NCBI GenBank assembly: GCA_964454175.1
Contig: CAYVSA010000017.1
Span: forward strand, 1 to 22,872
Origin: an uncultured Pseudomonadota bacterium
GTDB lineage: Bacteria; BMS3Abin14
DNA length: 22,872 nt
Direction of reading: 5' to 3'
Below are positions 6,317-17,590 of the stretch, one piece after another. Positions within the stretch are counted from its first letter, which is position 1; every line of letters begins with the position of its first letter. The position numbers were made by a program, and so were the translations under genes. The notes under the pieces are model-generated. The model had not been told where the DNA came from. It saw only the letters and a program-made list of their open reading frames with translations, and did no database searches.

Positions 6317-6604
6317 GTGAAGATCACCCCTGAACTGGTTAAGCACGTAGCCGAGCTTGCCCGCCTCGAACTTGCAGGGGAGGACAGGGAAAAAATGGGT
6401 GCTCAGATGGCAGATATCCTGGAATACATTGGTCTTCTCGATGAACTCGACACTGACGCAATACCGCCTACTTCCCACGTGATCGAAATAATGAACGTGT
6501 TCCGGGAGGACGAAGTCAAGCCGTCCCTGTCGGTAGAAAAAGGCCTGGCCAACGCCCCGGAAAGGACCGGCAGCTCGTTCAAAGTGCCGAAGATCATCGA
6601 GTGA
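6317..6604 (+). CDS. gatC: Asp-tRNA(Asn)/Glu-tRNA(Gln) amidotransferase subunit C
   Basis: VKHVAELARL...ILEYI..LDELDT..PPTSH...NVFREDEV...NAP...FKVPKIIE; GGAGG RBS with a GTG start. Confidence 0.95.
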   Translation: MKITPELVKHVAELARLELAGEDREKMGAQMADILEYIGLLDELDTDAIPPTSHVIEIMNVFREDEVKPSLSVEKGLANAPERTGSSFKVPKIIE

Positions 6605-6643
6605 CTGAAGGCTATTTCCCCTTCAGTAAATTCGGGAGCAACA

Positions 6644-8113
6644 GTGACCATGGGACTATATAAAAGGACGATCCACGAACTGCACGCAATGCTCAGGGAA
6701 GGCGAGATCACCTCGCGCCATTTGACGGAGAACCTTCTTGCGAGGATCGAAAGCGTGGACGGTATGGTGAGGGCCTTTATTACCAGGACCGATGACCTGG
6801 CGCTTCAGATGGCCGATGAGGCAGACAATCGTTACAAGAATGGCGATTTTAAGGGTCCGTTGGACGGCATCCCCATGGCACTTAAGGACATATTCCTGAC
6901 AGAAGGTGTGAAGACAACCTGTGCTTCGAGGATCCTGGAAAACTTCATAGCGCCCTACGATGGAACTGTCGTGGCAAAGTTGAAAGATGCGGGAGCCGTT
7001 ATCCTGGGCAAGCTCAACATGGACGAATTTGCCATGGGTTCTTCAACGGAGAACTCTGGATTTTTTCCAACCCACAACCCGTGGAACCTGAAAATGGTTC
7101 CCGGCGGATCGTCAGGGGGATCGGCGGCAGCAGTCGCATCCGACATGGCCGTTGCAGCGCTGGGTACGGACACCGGCGGATCGATCAGGCAGCCTGCCTC
7201 CCACTGCGGCGTAGTGGGAATGAAGCCGACCTATGGAAGAGTGAGTCGATACGGTGTCATCGCCTTTGCCTCTTCACTGGACCAGGTTGGCCCCCTGACC
7301 AAGGACGTTACCGACTGTGCCACAATGATGAAGGCCATTTCCGGGCACGATCCGGCTGATTCCACCTCGGCGAAACTCCCCGTACCCGATTACCCCGCAC
7401 TGCTGACCGGTGATGTGGAGGGTATGACGGCCGGTTTACCGAAAGAGTTCTTCGAGGCCGGTATGGAATCCCAGGTGAAAGAGTCAATAGAAAAGGCGGT
7501 TGCTCAACTCGAAAGCAGGGGCATGCGCATAGTGCCCGTCTCCCTGCCCAGCACAAAGTACGCAGTGGCTACCTACTACATAATTGCACCCGCTGAAGCC
7601 TCCTCGAACCTTGCAAGGTACGACGGTGTGCGTTTTGGTGTACGGTCACCAGGTGCGAAAAACCTCATGGAAATGTATTGCAGAACCAGGAGCGAGGGCT
7701 TTGGGCCAGAGGTCCAGAGGAGGATCATGCTTGGGACCTTCGCCCTTTCGGCAGGGTATTACGATGCCTATTACGGCAAGGCACAGCGTGTGAGGACGCT
7801 CATACGCAGAGAACTGGAAGAGGCTTTTACAAAGGCGGACGTGCTCCTTGGCCCGACTTCACCTACACCGGCATTCCCAATTGGAGACAGGATCGATGAC
7901 CCTATCCAGATGTACCTTTCCGATATCTTCACAATACCGGTGAACATTGCTGGAGTGGCAGGGATATCTGTCCCGTGCGGACTCACCGCTGAATCCCTGC
8001 CCGTTGGACTGCAGGTTATCTCCCCGGCCTTCGCCGAGGATACTCTGCTCAACGTGGCCTATGCTTACGAGTTGGCAAGGGGGCATTTTGAAAGATGCCC
8101 ACTGCAGGACTGA
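6644..8113 (+). CDS. gatA: Asp-tRNA(Asn)/Glu-tRNA(Gln) amidotransferase subunit A
   Basis: Amidase signature [34 protein letters not shown], and [12 protein letters not shown]. Start is GTG 6644 or ATG 6650. Confidence 0.97.
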   Translation: MTMGLYKRTIHELHAMLREGEITSRHLTENLLARIESVDGMVRAFITRTDDLALQMADEADNRYKNGDFKGPLDGIPMALKDIFLTEGVKTTCASRILENFIAPYDGTVVAKLKDAGAVILGKLNMDEFAMGSSTENSGFFPTHNPWNLKMVPGGSSGGSAAAVASDMAVAALGTDTGGSIRQPASHCGVVGMKPTYGRVSRYGVIAFASSLDQVGPLTKDVTDCATMMKAISGHDPADSTSAKLPVPDYPALLTGDVEGMTAGLPKEFFEAGMESQVKESIEKAVAQLESRGMRIVPVSLPSTKYAVATYYIIAPAEASSNLARYDGVRFGVRSPGAKNLMEMYCRTRSEGFGPEVQRRIMLGTFALSAGYYDAYYGKAQRVRTLIRRELEEAFTKADVLLGPTSPTPAFPIGDRIDDPIQMYLSDIFTIPVNIAGVAGISVPCGLTAESLPVGLQVISPAFAEDTLLNVAYAYELARGHFERCPLQD

Positions 8114-8205
8114 TCTCTGGGTAAGGATCGAACCCGGGAGGGTGACGAGGAACTTGCAGGTCCCGGTCCTGTACCGGGATATGTATCGACTGGCTGAGGA
8201 CTGTA

Positions 8206-9639
8206 ATGGATTACGAAGTAGTTATTGGACTGGAAGTACATGCCCAACTCAAAACCGACAGCAAGATCTTCTGCGGCTGCAGCACCAGCTTCGGCAAGGA
8301 CCCCAACGAGAACACCTGTCCTGTCTGTCTGGGTCTCCCGGGGGTACTCCCCGTTCTTAACAGAAAAGTAGTCGAGTACACCATCATGATGGGCCTGGCA
8401 ACCCACTGCACCATCGCCTCTGAGAGCACCTTTGCCAGGAAAAACTATTTTTATCCCGATCTGCCCAAAGGCTATCAGATAAGCCAGTTTGAAGAACCGC
8501 TCTGCAGCAGCGGCTGGGTGGAGGTGACGGTTGAAGGCTCCGCAAAAAAGATCGGCATCACCAGGATCCACATGGAGGAAGACGCAGGCAAACTTGTCCA
8601 CCAGGGAGATCTTGGCTCTTCCACAGGCAGCCTCGTGGACCTGAACCGGGCATGCGTTCCGCTTATAGAAATTGTCAGTGAGCCTGACATCAGGTCGCCT
8701 GAAGAAGCCAGGGAGTACATGCACACCCTGAGAGACATTCTCGTCTACCTGGATATCTGCGATGGCAACATGGAAGAGGGTTCCCTGCGGTGCGACGCGA
8801 ATATATCGATCATGCCAGAGGGGTCTGAGACGCTGGGCACCCGTGCCGAGATAAAGAACATGAACTCCTTCAAATTCCTGCAGCAGGCGTTGGAGTACGA
8901 GATCGAGCGGCAGACCGATATTGTTGAAAGCGGCGGAAAGGTTGTCCAGGAAACCCGGCTTTTTGACTCCGACAGGGGAATCACTTCCTCCATGAGGGGC
9001 AAGGAGGAAGCTCACGACTACAGGTATTTTCCGGAGCCCGACCTGGTTCCGCTTAAGATCGACGCACAGGAAGTCGAAAAGATCAGGAAAAGCCTTCCCG
9101 AACTGAGGGACGCCAGGATCGAAAGATATATGACAGGGATGGGACTGCCCGAGTACGACGCGCAGGTCCTCACATCGGAACGATCCGTGGCCGATTTTTT
9201 CGAGGATGTGGTTGGTGAGGGCGCCAGGCCCAAATCCGCCAGCAACTGGATCATGGGTGAATTCATGAGGCTGTACAAGGATAAAGGCCCGGATCCGGTC
9301 AGCATAACCCCTGGCCAGCTTTCGAGGATAATCTCACTGGTAGAGGATTCGGTCATCTCGAGGTCAGCTGCCAAAACTGTCTTCGAGGAGGTCTTTGGAA
9401 CCGGTTCTGACCCTGATAGTGTGGTAAAGGAAAAAGGCCTGGCCCAGGTTTCGGATGAAGGCCCCATTCGCGATGAGGTGAAAAAGATCCTGGGCGATCA
9501 CCCCGACGAGGTAGCCCAGTTCAGGGAGGGAAAGGAAAAAGTACTGGGCTTTTTTGTAGGCAAGGTAATGCAGGCCACAAAGGGCAAGGCAAATCCCAAA
9601 GTGGTCAACAAGATCCTGCGGGAGCTTCTTTCTGAATAA
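8206..9639 (+). CDS. gatB: Asp-tRNA(Asn)/Glu-tRNA(Gln) amidotransferase subunit B
   Basis: [55 protein letters not shown], and a C-terminal YqeY-like domain. Confidence 0.97.
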   Translation: MDYEVVIGLEVHAQLKTDSKIFCGCSTSFGKDPNENTCPVCLGLPGVLPVLNRKVVEYTIMMGLATHCTIASESTFARKNYFYPDLPKGYQISQFEEPLCSSGWVEVTVEGSAKKIGITRIHMEEDAGKLVHQGDLGSSTGSLVDLNRACVPLIEIVSEPDIRSPEEAREYMHTLRDILVYLDICDGNMEEGSLRCDANISIMPEGSETLGTRAEIKNMNSFKFLQQALEYEIERQTDIVESGGKVVQETRLFDSDRGITSSMRGKEEAHDYRYFPEPDLVPLKIDAQEVEKIRKSLPELRDARIERYMTGMGLPEYDAQVLTSERSVADFFEDVVGEGARPKSASNWIMGEFMRLYKDKGPDPVSITPGQLSRIISLVEDSVISRSAAKTVFEEVFGTGSDPDSVVKEKGLAQVSDEGPIRDEVKKILGDHPDEVAQFREGKEKVLGFFVGKVMQATKGKANPKVVNKILRELLSE

Positions 9640-9663
9640 CCGCAACTTTTTCGGGAGGAGATT

Positions 9664-10719
9664 TTGAACACTATCCGACCAATTTCCTGGAACAGCGATT
9701 CGAAGGTGCTCACCCTCCTGGACCAGACACTCCTTCCGACCACTGAAAAATATCTGGACTATACCGAGTCAGACGCAGTGGCAAAAGCCATCAGGGACCT
9801 CGTTGTGAGGGGCGCTCCCGCTATTGGCTGCAGCGCCGCGTTTGCTGTCGTTCTGGCAGCCTTCTCATACAAAGGCACGGATCCTGGCAGGCTCGTGTCG
9901 AAGGTGGAAAAAGCCTCGCGGGTGCTTGCCGAAAGCAGGCCCACGGCGGTAAATCTGTTCTGGGCCATTGCCAGGATGAGAACTGTTCTCGATGATCGTG
10001 GTGAACTCGATGCAGACGGGATCAGGGACGCCCTCGAAAAAGAGGCGACGGCAATTTTCGATGAGGATCTTGCGTCCTGCATGAAGATCGGGGATCTGGG
10101 AGCCAGTCTTGTAATGGACGGCGCCAGGGTTATGACTTACTGCAATGCTGGAGCCCTGGCGACAGCCGGTTATGGGACAGCCCTGGGGGTTATTCGTTCT
10201 GCCCGCAAAATGGGAAAGCTTTCCGGAGTGTGGGTCTGTGAGACGAGGCCAGTCCTGCAGGGCGCCAGACTCACCGCCTGGGAACTCATGCAGGATGAGA
10301 TCCCATTCACCCTGATACCTGACAATTCCGCAGGGTCCATCATGCAGGCGGGTGAGGTGGACTTTGTAGTCGTGGGAGCTGACCGGATAGCGGCCAATGG
10401 CGATGTTGTCAATAAGATAGGTACATACACACTTGCTGTCCTGGCAAAAAGGCACCAGGTTGCTTTTACCGTGGCAGCTCCGCTTTCCACGGTTGACCTT
10501 GAACTTTCCACGGGAAAACTCATCACGATAGAAGACAGACCTCCCGGCGAGGTTTCCCATATGATGGGTGTACAGGTCGCTCCCGCAGGGGCCAATGTCA
10601 GGAACGCAGCCTTTGACGTAACTCCGGCAGAATTGATAGATGCGATAATCACCGAAAGGGGCGTTGCTATCCCTGATTACGCCTCCAGCCTCAAGGCCTT
10701 GTTTAAAATGGAGAACTGA
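9664..10719 (+). CDS. mtnA: S-methyl-5-thioribose-1-phosphate isomerase
   Basis: LLDQTLLP, VRGAPAIG, RPTAVNL, CNAGALAT, ETRPVLQGARLT, GADRIAANGD..NKIGTY, FDVTP; GGAGGAG RBS with a TTG start. Confidence 0.95.
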   Translation: MNTIRPISWNSDSKVLTLLDQTLLPTTEKYLDYTESDAVAKAIRDLVVRGAPAIGCSAAFAVVLAAFSYKGTDPGRLVSKVEKASRVLAESRPTAVNLFWAIARMRTVLDDRGELDADGIRDALEKEATAIFDEDLASCMKIGDLGASLVMDGARVMTYCNAGALATAGYGTALGVIRSARKMGKLSGVWVCETRPVLQGARLTAWELMQDEIPFTLIPDNSAGSIMQAGEVDFVVVGADRIAANGDVVNKIGTYTLAVLAKRHQVAFTVAAPLSTVDLELSTGKLITIEDRPPGEVSHMMGVQVAPAGANVRNAAFDVTPAELIDAIITERGVAIPDYASSLKALFKMEN

Positions 10720-10723
10720 TCTT

Positions 10724-13700
10724 ATGGACGACCCTGGCCGCCTCAATTACAGGGAGCTGGTTAGTAAAAGTGGTCGCTTCCATGATCCGGAGCCGGCGAT
10801 AAGCCTTCTGGAGGGCCTTGCTCGCCACGTTCGTGAACGAGACCTCCCCGCAATATTTGCTGAAAATGTTTTTCACGAAGCCCTGAACACCGCAGACCCC
10901 CTCTCTGCCATTAGCAGACTGGACCGCATTCTCGTTATGGTGGAGGATCCGGGTTTCCGCTCGCTCCTGGAAGACCCGGACGGGCTCAGGTCTTTACTGG
11001 CTGTTCTGGGGTATAGCAACTACCTTTCTTCACTCATACTCAGATCACCTGGCGATTACCTCTGGCTCATGCGGGATGTGGGCCTTTCGGGGCAGAGAAC
11101 ACTGGCTCTGATGCAGGGGGAACTGGCTGCCAAAATGGGGAATGACGGGGGCGCCGATGAGGCTATGAGGAGTTTGAGGCAGAACAAGTACCGCGAGATG
11201 CTCCGCATAGGCGTCCGCGACCTGTTGGGCGCGGCCACCCTCGTTGAAACAGTACACGATATTTCAAATCTGGCAGAGGCCTCCATAGACAGTTCCATTC
11301 ACAGGGCCTCCTCCATCCTGAAGGAAAAGTTCGGCACCCCTGTGTTCTTTTCAGGTAACGATGTCAGGAGGCCGGGAAAATTCACCGTTCTCGGCCTGGG
11401 CAAGCTGGGGGGTGAGGAACTTAACTACAGCTCCGATGTGGACCTGTTTTACCTGTACTCCTCCCACGAGGGAGCAACAACGGGCCGCCTTTCAAGCTCC
11501 GGCGGATTCAGGGATTCGATCGAAAATCACATGTATTTCGTCAAGATGGGGGAAATGGTCACCCGGTTGCTGAACGAGAGGACGGATGACGGGTTCGTAT
11601 TCCGTGTCGATCTCAGACTCCGCCCGGAAGGCGAAGCGGGTGAAATTGCCTATTCCCTGCCCAGCCTGGAAGTATTTTACCAGTCGTGGGGAAGGACAAC
11701 TGACCGTCTTGCTCTACTGAAAGCGAAACCGGTGGGTGGATTCAGGCGTCTCGGCGAGGAATTCCTTGAGCTGATAGAACCATTTGTGTTCCGAAGATAT
11801 CTGGACTACAGCGCCTTTGAAGAGATCGGGGCCCTCAAGGAAAAGATCGACCGGCACATAGGAGACGGTGAAGCGCGGACAAATGACATAAAACTGGGCC
11901 GGGGCGGAATAAGGGAGATCGAATTTCTGGTACAGAGCGTCCAGCTCATTAACGGCGGCCGGAACCCTGCTGTGAGGGAAAGAAATACACTCAGGGCAAT
12001 AGGCCGTCTGATGAGGAACGGGTACCTTCTTGAAAGAGATGCGGAATCCCTTTCCTCAGCTTATGAGTTTCTCAGGACGGTGGAACACAGGGTCCAGCTG
12101 GTGGAAGAAAGACAGACACACACGCTTCCCTCCGACAAGGCCTCCAGGGAAAAGATCGCTTTCTCGATGGGATATTCAAGAGGAGGCGCAGGTGATGCAA
12201 AGGCCTTCGAGGGGTCTCTTTCCAGGTACCAGGGGATGGTCACGGAGATCTACGACCGCACATTTTTCAGGGGAAAGGTTCATGCAGTTGGCGCACCCGA
12301 GGAATCGGTAAGGGTTCTGAGGGAGGATATCTCCTACGAGGAAGCCATCGAGGAGCTTACGGACCTCGGTTTCTCCGATCCTGAAGGATCATACAAGAAT
12401 TTGATGCTCCTCAGGGATGGTCCTGACCACAGCCATTTTCCGGAAACCTGCAGAGAGCTTTTAAGGCAGATCGCCCCCAGGCTGATGGAGGAAGTGACCC
12501 ACTCACCGGATCCTGATGCCGTGCTCACGAGTCTGGAACGATTTGTCCGGAGGGTGGGTGCGAGGGCTTCATACTACGCCCTTCTTGCCAGCAACCCGGA
12601 GTCCATAAGGCTGCTGGTCACTGTTTTTGGCTTTTCAAGGTTCCTGTCTGGCCTCCTGATCAGCCAGCCTGACCTCCTGGACCTGATGGTCAGCAGCGAA
12701 AGCCTCCACGCAGTCAAATCAACTGTTGACATGGAGAGCGAACTGGTTGAGATGCTCAGGCCAAGCCCCTCCTTTGAAGACGAACTCATAATGATGAGGA
12801 AATTCAGAAACGGTGAGATCCTGCGGATCGGCCTGGGAGACCTCCTGGGCTTAAAGGAGATCGCCCAGGTCAACCGTGAGTTAAGCGAACTGGCCGAGGT
12901 GATCATGAAGATCACCTATCCTATGGCGATCCGGGACGCGGCACAAAAGGGCCTGAACCCCGGCAAGAGCGGCAAATTCGCAATTCTTGCCCTGGGTAAA
13001 ATGGGCGGTATGGAGATCAACTACAGCTCCGACCTTGACCTCATATTTCTGTACGATGGAGAAGAGTCCGCAAGAGAGTTCTACACCTGGGCAGCACAGA
13101 GGATGATCACGATCCTCTCCAGCCCCACCGGTGAAGGCCTGCTGTACAGGATCGACATGAGACTCAGGCCGTCGGGACATGCCGGACCACTTGTTACCAG
13201 GGCCGATTCTTTTGAAAGGTATCAGAGGGAAGAAGCGATGGTATGGGAGCATCAGGCCCTTATCAAGGCAAGGTGCATTGCAGGTGACGGGGAGTTTATG
13301 GCCCGGATAACCAGCTCCCTGGATGATCAATTATACAGCAGGGCCCTGGAGGCCAGTGAAGTAGCCGAGATACGCAGGGTCAGGGACAGGATGGAAAATG
13401 AACTCTCGGCGGAAGCCGGCGGGAACTTCTATGATGTGAAAGTCGGTCGTGGAGGGTTGGTTGACATTGAGTTCGCTGTCCAGGTCATGCAGCTATATTA
13501 TGGTCACGACCACTCATCGGTGAGAGATACTTCAACCCTCCAGGCACTGGAAAAACTGCATGATGCTGGACTTGTGGAAGATAAATTGTATAATACATTT
13601 CGCCGCGCCTACTTTTTCTACAGGGGCGTGGAAAACCGGCAGCATATATACAAAGACAGGTCAGATCCCAGGGTTTATTTTGAAGAAGAGAGACTGAGAC

Positions 13701-13840
13701 CTCTTGTTCGAAGAATGGGCTTCACGGGATCGAAGGGATCCCTTGAAAAGTTCCTGGAAAATCTCAACAGCATCCGGGAAGAGGTCAGAGAAGGGTTCGA
13801 CAAAACACTTGATTTCATAGAGAAGAACTCAAGACAGTAA
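10724..13840 (+). CDS. glnE: Bifunctional glutamine synthetase adenylyltransferase/adenylyl-removing enzyme
   Basis: Two nucleotidyltransferase modules (GKLGGEELNYSSDVDL...RVDLRLRP...IKLGRGGIREIEF and GKMGGMEINYSSDLDL...IDMRLRPSG...KVGRGGLVDIEF). Start set at ATG 10724, just after the mtnA stop. Confidence 0.95.
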   Translation: MDDPGRLNYRELVSKSGRFHDPEPAISLLEGLARHVRERDLPAIFAENVFHEALNTADPLSAISRLDRILVMVEDPGFRSLLEDPDGLRSLLAVLGYSNYLSSLILRSPGDYLWLMRDVGLSGQRTLALMQGELAAKMGNDGGADEAMRSLRQNKYREMLRIGVRDLLGAATLVETVHDISNLAEASIDSSIHRASSILKEKFGTPVFFSGNDVRRPGKFTVLGLGKLGGEELNYSSDVDLFYLYSSHEGATTGRLSSSGGFRDSIENHMYFVKMGEMVTRLLNERTDDGFVFRVDLRLRPEGEAGEIAYSLPSLEVFYQSWGRTTDRLALLKAKPVGGFRRLGEEFLELIEPFVFRRYLDYSAFEEIGALKEKIDRHIGDGEARTNDIKLGRGGIREIEFLVQSVQLINGGRNPAVRERNTLRAIGRLMRNGYLLERDAESLSSAYEFLRTVEHRVQLVEERQTHTLPSDKASREKIAFSMGYSRGGAGDAKAFEGSLSRYQGMVTEIYDRTFFRGKVHAVGAPEESVRVLREDISYEEAIEELTDLGFSDPEGSYKNLMLLRDGPDHSHFPETCRELLRQIAPRLMEEVTHSPDPDAVLTSLERFVRRVGARASYYALLASNPESIRLLVTVFGFSRFLSGLLISQPDLLDLMVSSESLHAVKSTVDMESELVEMLRPSPSFEDELIMMRKFRNGEILRIGLGDLLGLKEIAQVNRELSELAEVIMKITYPMAIRDAAQKGLNPGKSGKFAILALGKMGGMEINYSSDLDLIFLYDGEESAREFYTWAAQRMITILSSPTGEGLLYRIDMRLRPSGHAGPLVTRADSFERYQREEAMVWEHQALIKARCIAGDGEFMARITSSLDDQLYSRALEASEVAEIRRVRDRMENELSAEAGGNFYDVKVGRGGLVDIEFAVQVMQLYYGHDHSSVRDTSTLQALEKLHDAGLVEDKLYNTFRRAYFFYRGVENRQHIYKDRSDPRVYFEEERLRPLVRRMGFTGSKGSLEKFLENLNSIREEVREGFDKTLDFIEKNSRQ

Positions 13841-13878
13841 ATATCGCAACCACACATCAGGTTGACGGAGGAAAAGTC

Positions 13879-14796
13879 ATGGTTGAACCCGTTGCCAAGA
13901 TCTGGATGAACGGTGAGATGGTGAACTGGGCCGATGCGAAGGTCCACGTTCTCACCCACACCCTTCATTATGGGCTGGGTGTCTTCGAGGGGATCCGCTT
14001 TTACGACACTCCGGAGGGCCCCGGGATTTTCCGGCTTCCAGAGCACGTCAACAGGCTCTTTGATTCATGCCACATCTGCAGGATCGAGATACCTTTTGAC
14101 AGGGACACTATCTGGAACGCCCACCTTGAAGTGGTGCGCGCGACCGGACTTTCAGACGGATACATTCGGCCAGTGGTCTACCTGAAGGACGGCCCAATGG
14201 GCCTTCTGGTCAAGGAGGATCACCCGGTGGGGATGTTTATCGCCGCCTGGGCATGGGGAGCTTACCTCGGCGAGGACGGGCTCAATAAGGGGATAAGCAC
14301 GAAGATCTCATCCTATGCCAGAAACCATGTCAACACAATGATGACAAAGGCGAAAGTTAACGGCGCATATGTAAATTCTATCCTTGCCAAGAGGGAGGCC
14401 ATCCAGGCGGGATATGACGAGACCATTATGCTTGACACAGAGGGATACGTCAGTGAGGGCAGCGGAGAAAATATATTTATCCTGCGTGACGGCAGGCTGA
14501 AGACAACTCCGCTGACGTCAGTCCTGAACGGCATCACCAGGGACACCGTCTTTGCCCTGGCTTCGAAACTGGGCTACGAGATCACAGAGACGCGTTTTAC
14601 GCGTGATGAGCTCTACACTGCTGATGAAGCGTTCTTCACCGGTACTGCGGCTGAGGTTACGCCCATTCGCATGGTAGATGACAGAGTTGTCGGCGAGGGC
14701 CGGCCAGGGCCTGTTACCATGGCCATCCAGGATGCCTATTTCAAGGCCGTTAAAGGACAGGACCCGCAGCATCGGGACTGGGTTACGGTTGTCTGA
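13879..14796 (+). CDS. ilvE: Branched-chain amino acid aminotransferase
   Basis: HTLHYGLGVFEGIR, AKVNGAY (PLP lysine), EGSGENIF, LNGITR, EAFFTGTAAEVTPI. Confidence 0.96.
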   Translation: MVEPVAKIWMNGEMVNWADAKVHVLTHTLHYGLGVFEGIRFYDTPEGPGIFRLPEHVNRLFDSCHICRIEIPFDRDTIWNAHLEVVRATGLSDGYIRPVVYLKDGPMGLLVKEDHPVGMFIAAWAWGAYLGEDGLNKGISTKISSYARNHVNTMMTKAKVNGAYVNSILAKREAIQAGYDETIMLDTEGYVSEGSGENIFILRDGRLKTTPLTSVLNGITRDTVFALASKLGYEITETRFTRDELYTADEAFFTGTAAEVTPIRMVDDRVVGEGRPGPVTMAIQDAYFKAVKGQDPQHRDWVTVV

Positions 14797-17473
14797 AAAC
14801 AGCTCCAGGGGACCTGAAAAGAGAACACTCTTCCTCATAGACGGCAGTTCCTACATCTACAGAGCCTACCACGCGGTAAGAGGACTTACCACCAGGGAGG
14901 GGTTCCCTACCAACGCCATATTCGGTTTCACCAATATGCTCCTTAAGGTCCTGAAGGAGCACGAGCCGGATTACGTTGCCCTGGTCCTGGATTCGCCAGG
15001 CCCGACGTTTCGTCACGATATTTTCCCGGAATACAAGGCTAACCGTCCGTCGATGCCCGATGATCTCAAGGTGCAGATTCCCGAGATCCACGGTCTCTCC
15101 GGTGCTTTCAACGTTCGCATGATCAGGAAAGACGGCTACGAGGCCGATGATATTATCGCCACTGTCGCCGACAGGTTTTCCAACCAGGTTGACCGGACGG
15201 TGATCGTTTCCTCCGATAAAGACCTCATGCAGCTGGTGTCTGATTCGGTGGTGATGCTCGATACCATGAAGGACAGGTGGATCGGGGAAGCGGAGGTCGA
15301 GGAACGGTTCGGGGTAAAGCCGGAGATGGTACCGGATGTCCAGGCTCTCATGGGAGATCCTACGGACAACATTCCGGGAGTTTCCGGTGTTGGTCCAAAA
15401 ACAGCCGGGAAGCTGGTATCAGAGTACGGAGATCTGGATTCAGTACTAGCACATAGCAGTGAGATCCCCGGCAAAGCGGGCCGGACTTTATCTGAGAGCA
15501 CTGAAGATGCAATGTTGTCCCTTTCTCTGGTCACCCTTGACAGGAACGTACCACTGGAAGTCACCCTCGATGACATGACAGCGAGAGAGCCGGACAGAGA
15601 TTCCCTGAGGGAAATATTTTCCAGGCTGCAGTTTTCCCGTTTCATGAAGGAACTGTCCCCCACTTCATCTCTATCCCGGGAAGCCTACAGACTCATTCTC
15701 TCCGGGGGAGATCTCGCCTCGTTGACAGAGTGCCTGCGTTCGACGGACAGGTTCGCTCTGGATGTTGAGACCGACAGCAAGGACCCGGTCAGGGCCAGGC
15801 TCGTGGGCATCTCTTTTTCCTGGGAACCTGGCGAGGCGGCCTATATTCCCCTCGATCACAGGTATATAGGGGCTCCAAAACAGCTTGAGACCGCCCGGGT
15901 CAGGGATGCCCTGTCAGATATCCTGGGCGACCCAGGGTATAAGAAGATCGGTCAGAACATAAAGTATGACCTGGAGGTCCTCACCCGCGCAGGATGGATC
16001 GTGGACGGGATTGATTTCGACACGATGGTCGCATCCTACCTGGTAAACCCTTCCAGAAGAACACACAGCCTTGAAGAGATCGCCGCTGAATACTTCAACC
16101 ACACCATGATCACCTTCAAGGATGTTGCGGGAAGCGGCAGAAAACAGGTTCCCTTTTACGAGGTGAACGTCGAGAGTGCAGCGGAGTATTCATGTGAAGA
16201 CTCTGATGTAACATTCAGGGCAGCCGATTCCCTGAATGCTGAACTACAGAGATCAGGGCTGGAAGATCTGTTCAGGGACGTTGAAATGCCCCTCGTGGAA
16301 GTGCTGGCGGAGATGGAACTTGCCGGGATCATGCTGGAACCAGCCGTCCTCAACGATCTTGAAGGTGAGGTGGCGGGAAGGATGGCCGCTGTAGAGAAGA
16401 AGATCTTCGAGGAGGCAGGCCGCAGTTTCAATATCAACTCTCCGCGTCAACTGTCTCAGATCCTTTTTGAGGAGATGGGTCTGGAGCCCCTGAAAAAGAC
16501 CAAGACAGGATACTCCACAAACAGCGATGTGCTGATCGAGCTCTCTGCAAAGCATCACCTCCCGGCAATGGTCCTTGACTACCGGAGTCTTTCCAAGCTC
16601 AAATCAACGTACATTGACTCCCTTCCCGGGCTGATCAACCCTGAAACAGGAAGGATCCACACATCATTTAACCAGGCTGCAACCGCCACCGGTCGTCTCT
16701 CCAGCTCGAATCCGAATTTACAGAACATCCCCGTGAGGACCGAGCTTGGCAGGAGGATAAGAGAAGCTTTCGTCGCTCCGGAAGGTTCGGTTCTGCTGTC
16801 TGCCGACTACTCCCAGATCGAGCTGAGGGTGCTGGCCCACCTGTCAGGGGACGAAGGTCTTATATCAGCTTTCAAAGAAGGGGATGACGTCCACGCGCAG
16901 ACTGCTCGGCAGATACTGGGGGCAGGAGAGGACGTGGAACCGGAACTCAGAAGGCGTGCCAAAGTTATCAATTTCGGGATCATATACGGCATGAGCGCCT
17001 TCGGTCTCTCAAAGGAGCTGGGTGTCCATCCTGCTGACGCTGCAGAGATCATTGAAAACTATTTTACGAATTACAGCGGAGTCAAGGAGTACACGGAACG
17101 CACGATCGCGGGAGCCAGGGAATGCGGGTACGTCGCGACCCTGGCAGGGAGGCGCAGGTATCTTCCTCAGCTGGACTCATCCAATCCGAACGAGAGAATG
17201 CTGGCCGAGCGGATGGCCGTCAACACTCCGGTACAGGGTACCGCTGCCGACCTGATCAAGATCGCAATGCTTCAGATCCGGGAACAGCTGGGAGAGGATC
17301 AGAACGGGAGGATGCTGCTTCAGGTACACGATGAACTCCTCTTCGAGGTCCCTGAGTCTGCTGCCGAAGTGGCAACTTCGCTTATACGGCCGGCCATGGA
17401 AAACGTCATGGACCTTTGTATACCTTTAATAGTTGATGTCGGACAGGGTAAGAACTGGGCGGAGGCGCATTGA
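14789..17473 (+). CDS. polA: DNA polymerase I
   Basis: 5'-3' exonuclease (LIDGSSYIYRAY, EADD, DKD, GDPTDNIPGV), 3'-5' exonuclease (DVETD) and polymerase motifs ADYSQIELR, RRRAKVINFGIIYG, QVHDEL. Likely start is TTG 14789, overlapping the ilvE stop. Confidence 0.97.
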   Translation: MSENSSRGPEKRTLFLIDGSSYIYRAYHAVRGLTTREGFPTNAIFGFTNMLLKVLKEHEPDYVALVLDSPGPTFRHDIFPEYKANRPSMPDDLKVQIPEIHGLSGAFNVRMIRKDGYEADDIIATVADRFSNQVDRTVIVSSDKDLMQLVSDSVVMLDTMKDRWIGEAEVEERFGVKPEMVPDVQALMGDPTDNIPGVSGVGPKTAGKLVSEYGDLDSVLAHSSEIPGKAGRTLSESTEDAMLSLSLVTLDRNVPLEVTLDDMTAREPDRDSLREIFSRLQFSRFMKELSPTSSLSREAYRLILSGGDLASLTECLRSTDRFALDVETDSKDPVRARLVGISFSWEPGEAAYIPLDHRYIGAPKQLETARVRDALSDILGDPGYKKIGQNIKYDLEVLTRAGWIVDGIDFDTMVASYLVNPSRRTHSLEEIAAEYFNHTMITFKDVAGSGRKQVPFYEVNVESAAEYSCEDSDVTFRAADSLNAELQRSGLEDLFRDVEMPLVEVLAEMELAGIMLEPAVLNDLEGEVAGRMAAVEKKIFEEAGRSFNINSPRQLSQILFEEMGLEPLKKTKTGYSTNSDVLIELSAKHHLPAMVLDYRSLSKLKSTYIDSLPGLINPETGRIHTSFNQAATATGRLSSSNPNLQNIPVRTELGRRIREAFVAPEGSVLLSADYSQIELRVLAHLSGDEGLISAFKEGDDVHAQTARQILGAGEDVEPELRRRAKVINFGIIYGMSAFGLSKELGVHPADAAEIIENYFTNYSGVKEYTERTIAGARECGYVATLAGRRRYLPQLDSSNPNERMLAERMAVNTPVQGTAADLIKIAMLQIREQLGEDQNGRMLLQVHDELLFEVPESAAEVATSLIRPAMENVMDLCIPLIVDVGQGKNWAEAH

Positions 17474-17590
17474 AGGCCTGAGAGTGGTCCAATGTCCCGG
17501 GACGAACGACCCAGTTGAAAAACGCGGGATATCAGACATGGGACGCGGGATTTATGCGTATAATCGCAAATTGACCAAAATAAACCGCTT

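Noticed and set aside
6602-6646. gatC and gatA are in the same frame, separated by one TGA and a hairpin (6604-6627)
   Set aside because: GatC ends at its normal terminus and gatA has its own RBS. The hairpin starts right at the stop and has no G in its loop, and a shared frame has a 1-in-3 chance.
8161-8179. Hairpin TCCCGGT-CCTGT-ACCGGGA between gatA and gatB
   Set aside because: No U-tract and too far from the gatA UGA to be a SECIS; probably an mRNA stability element and not diagnostic.
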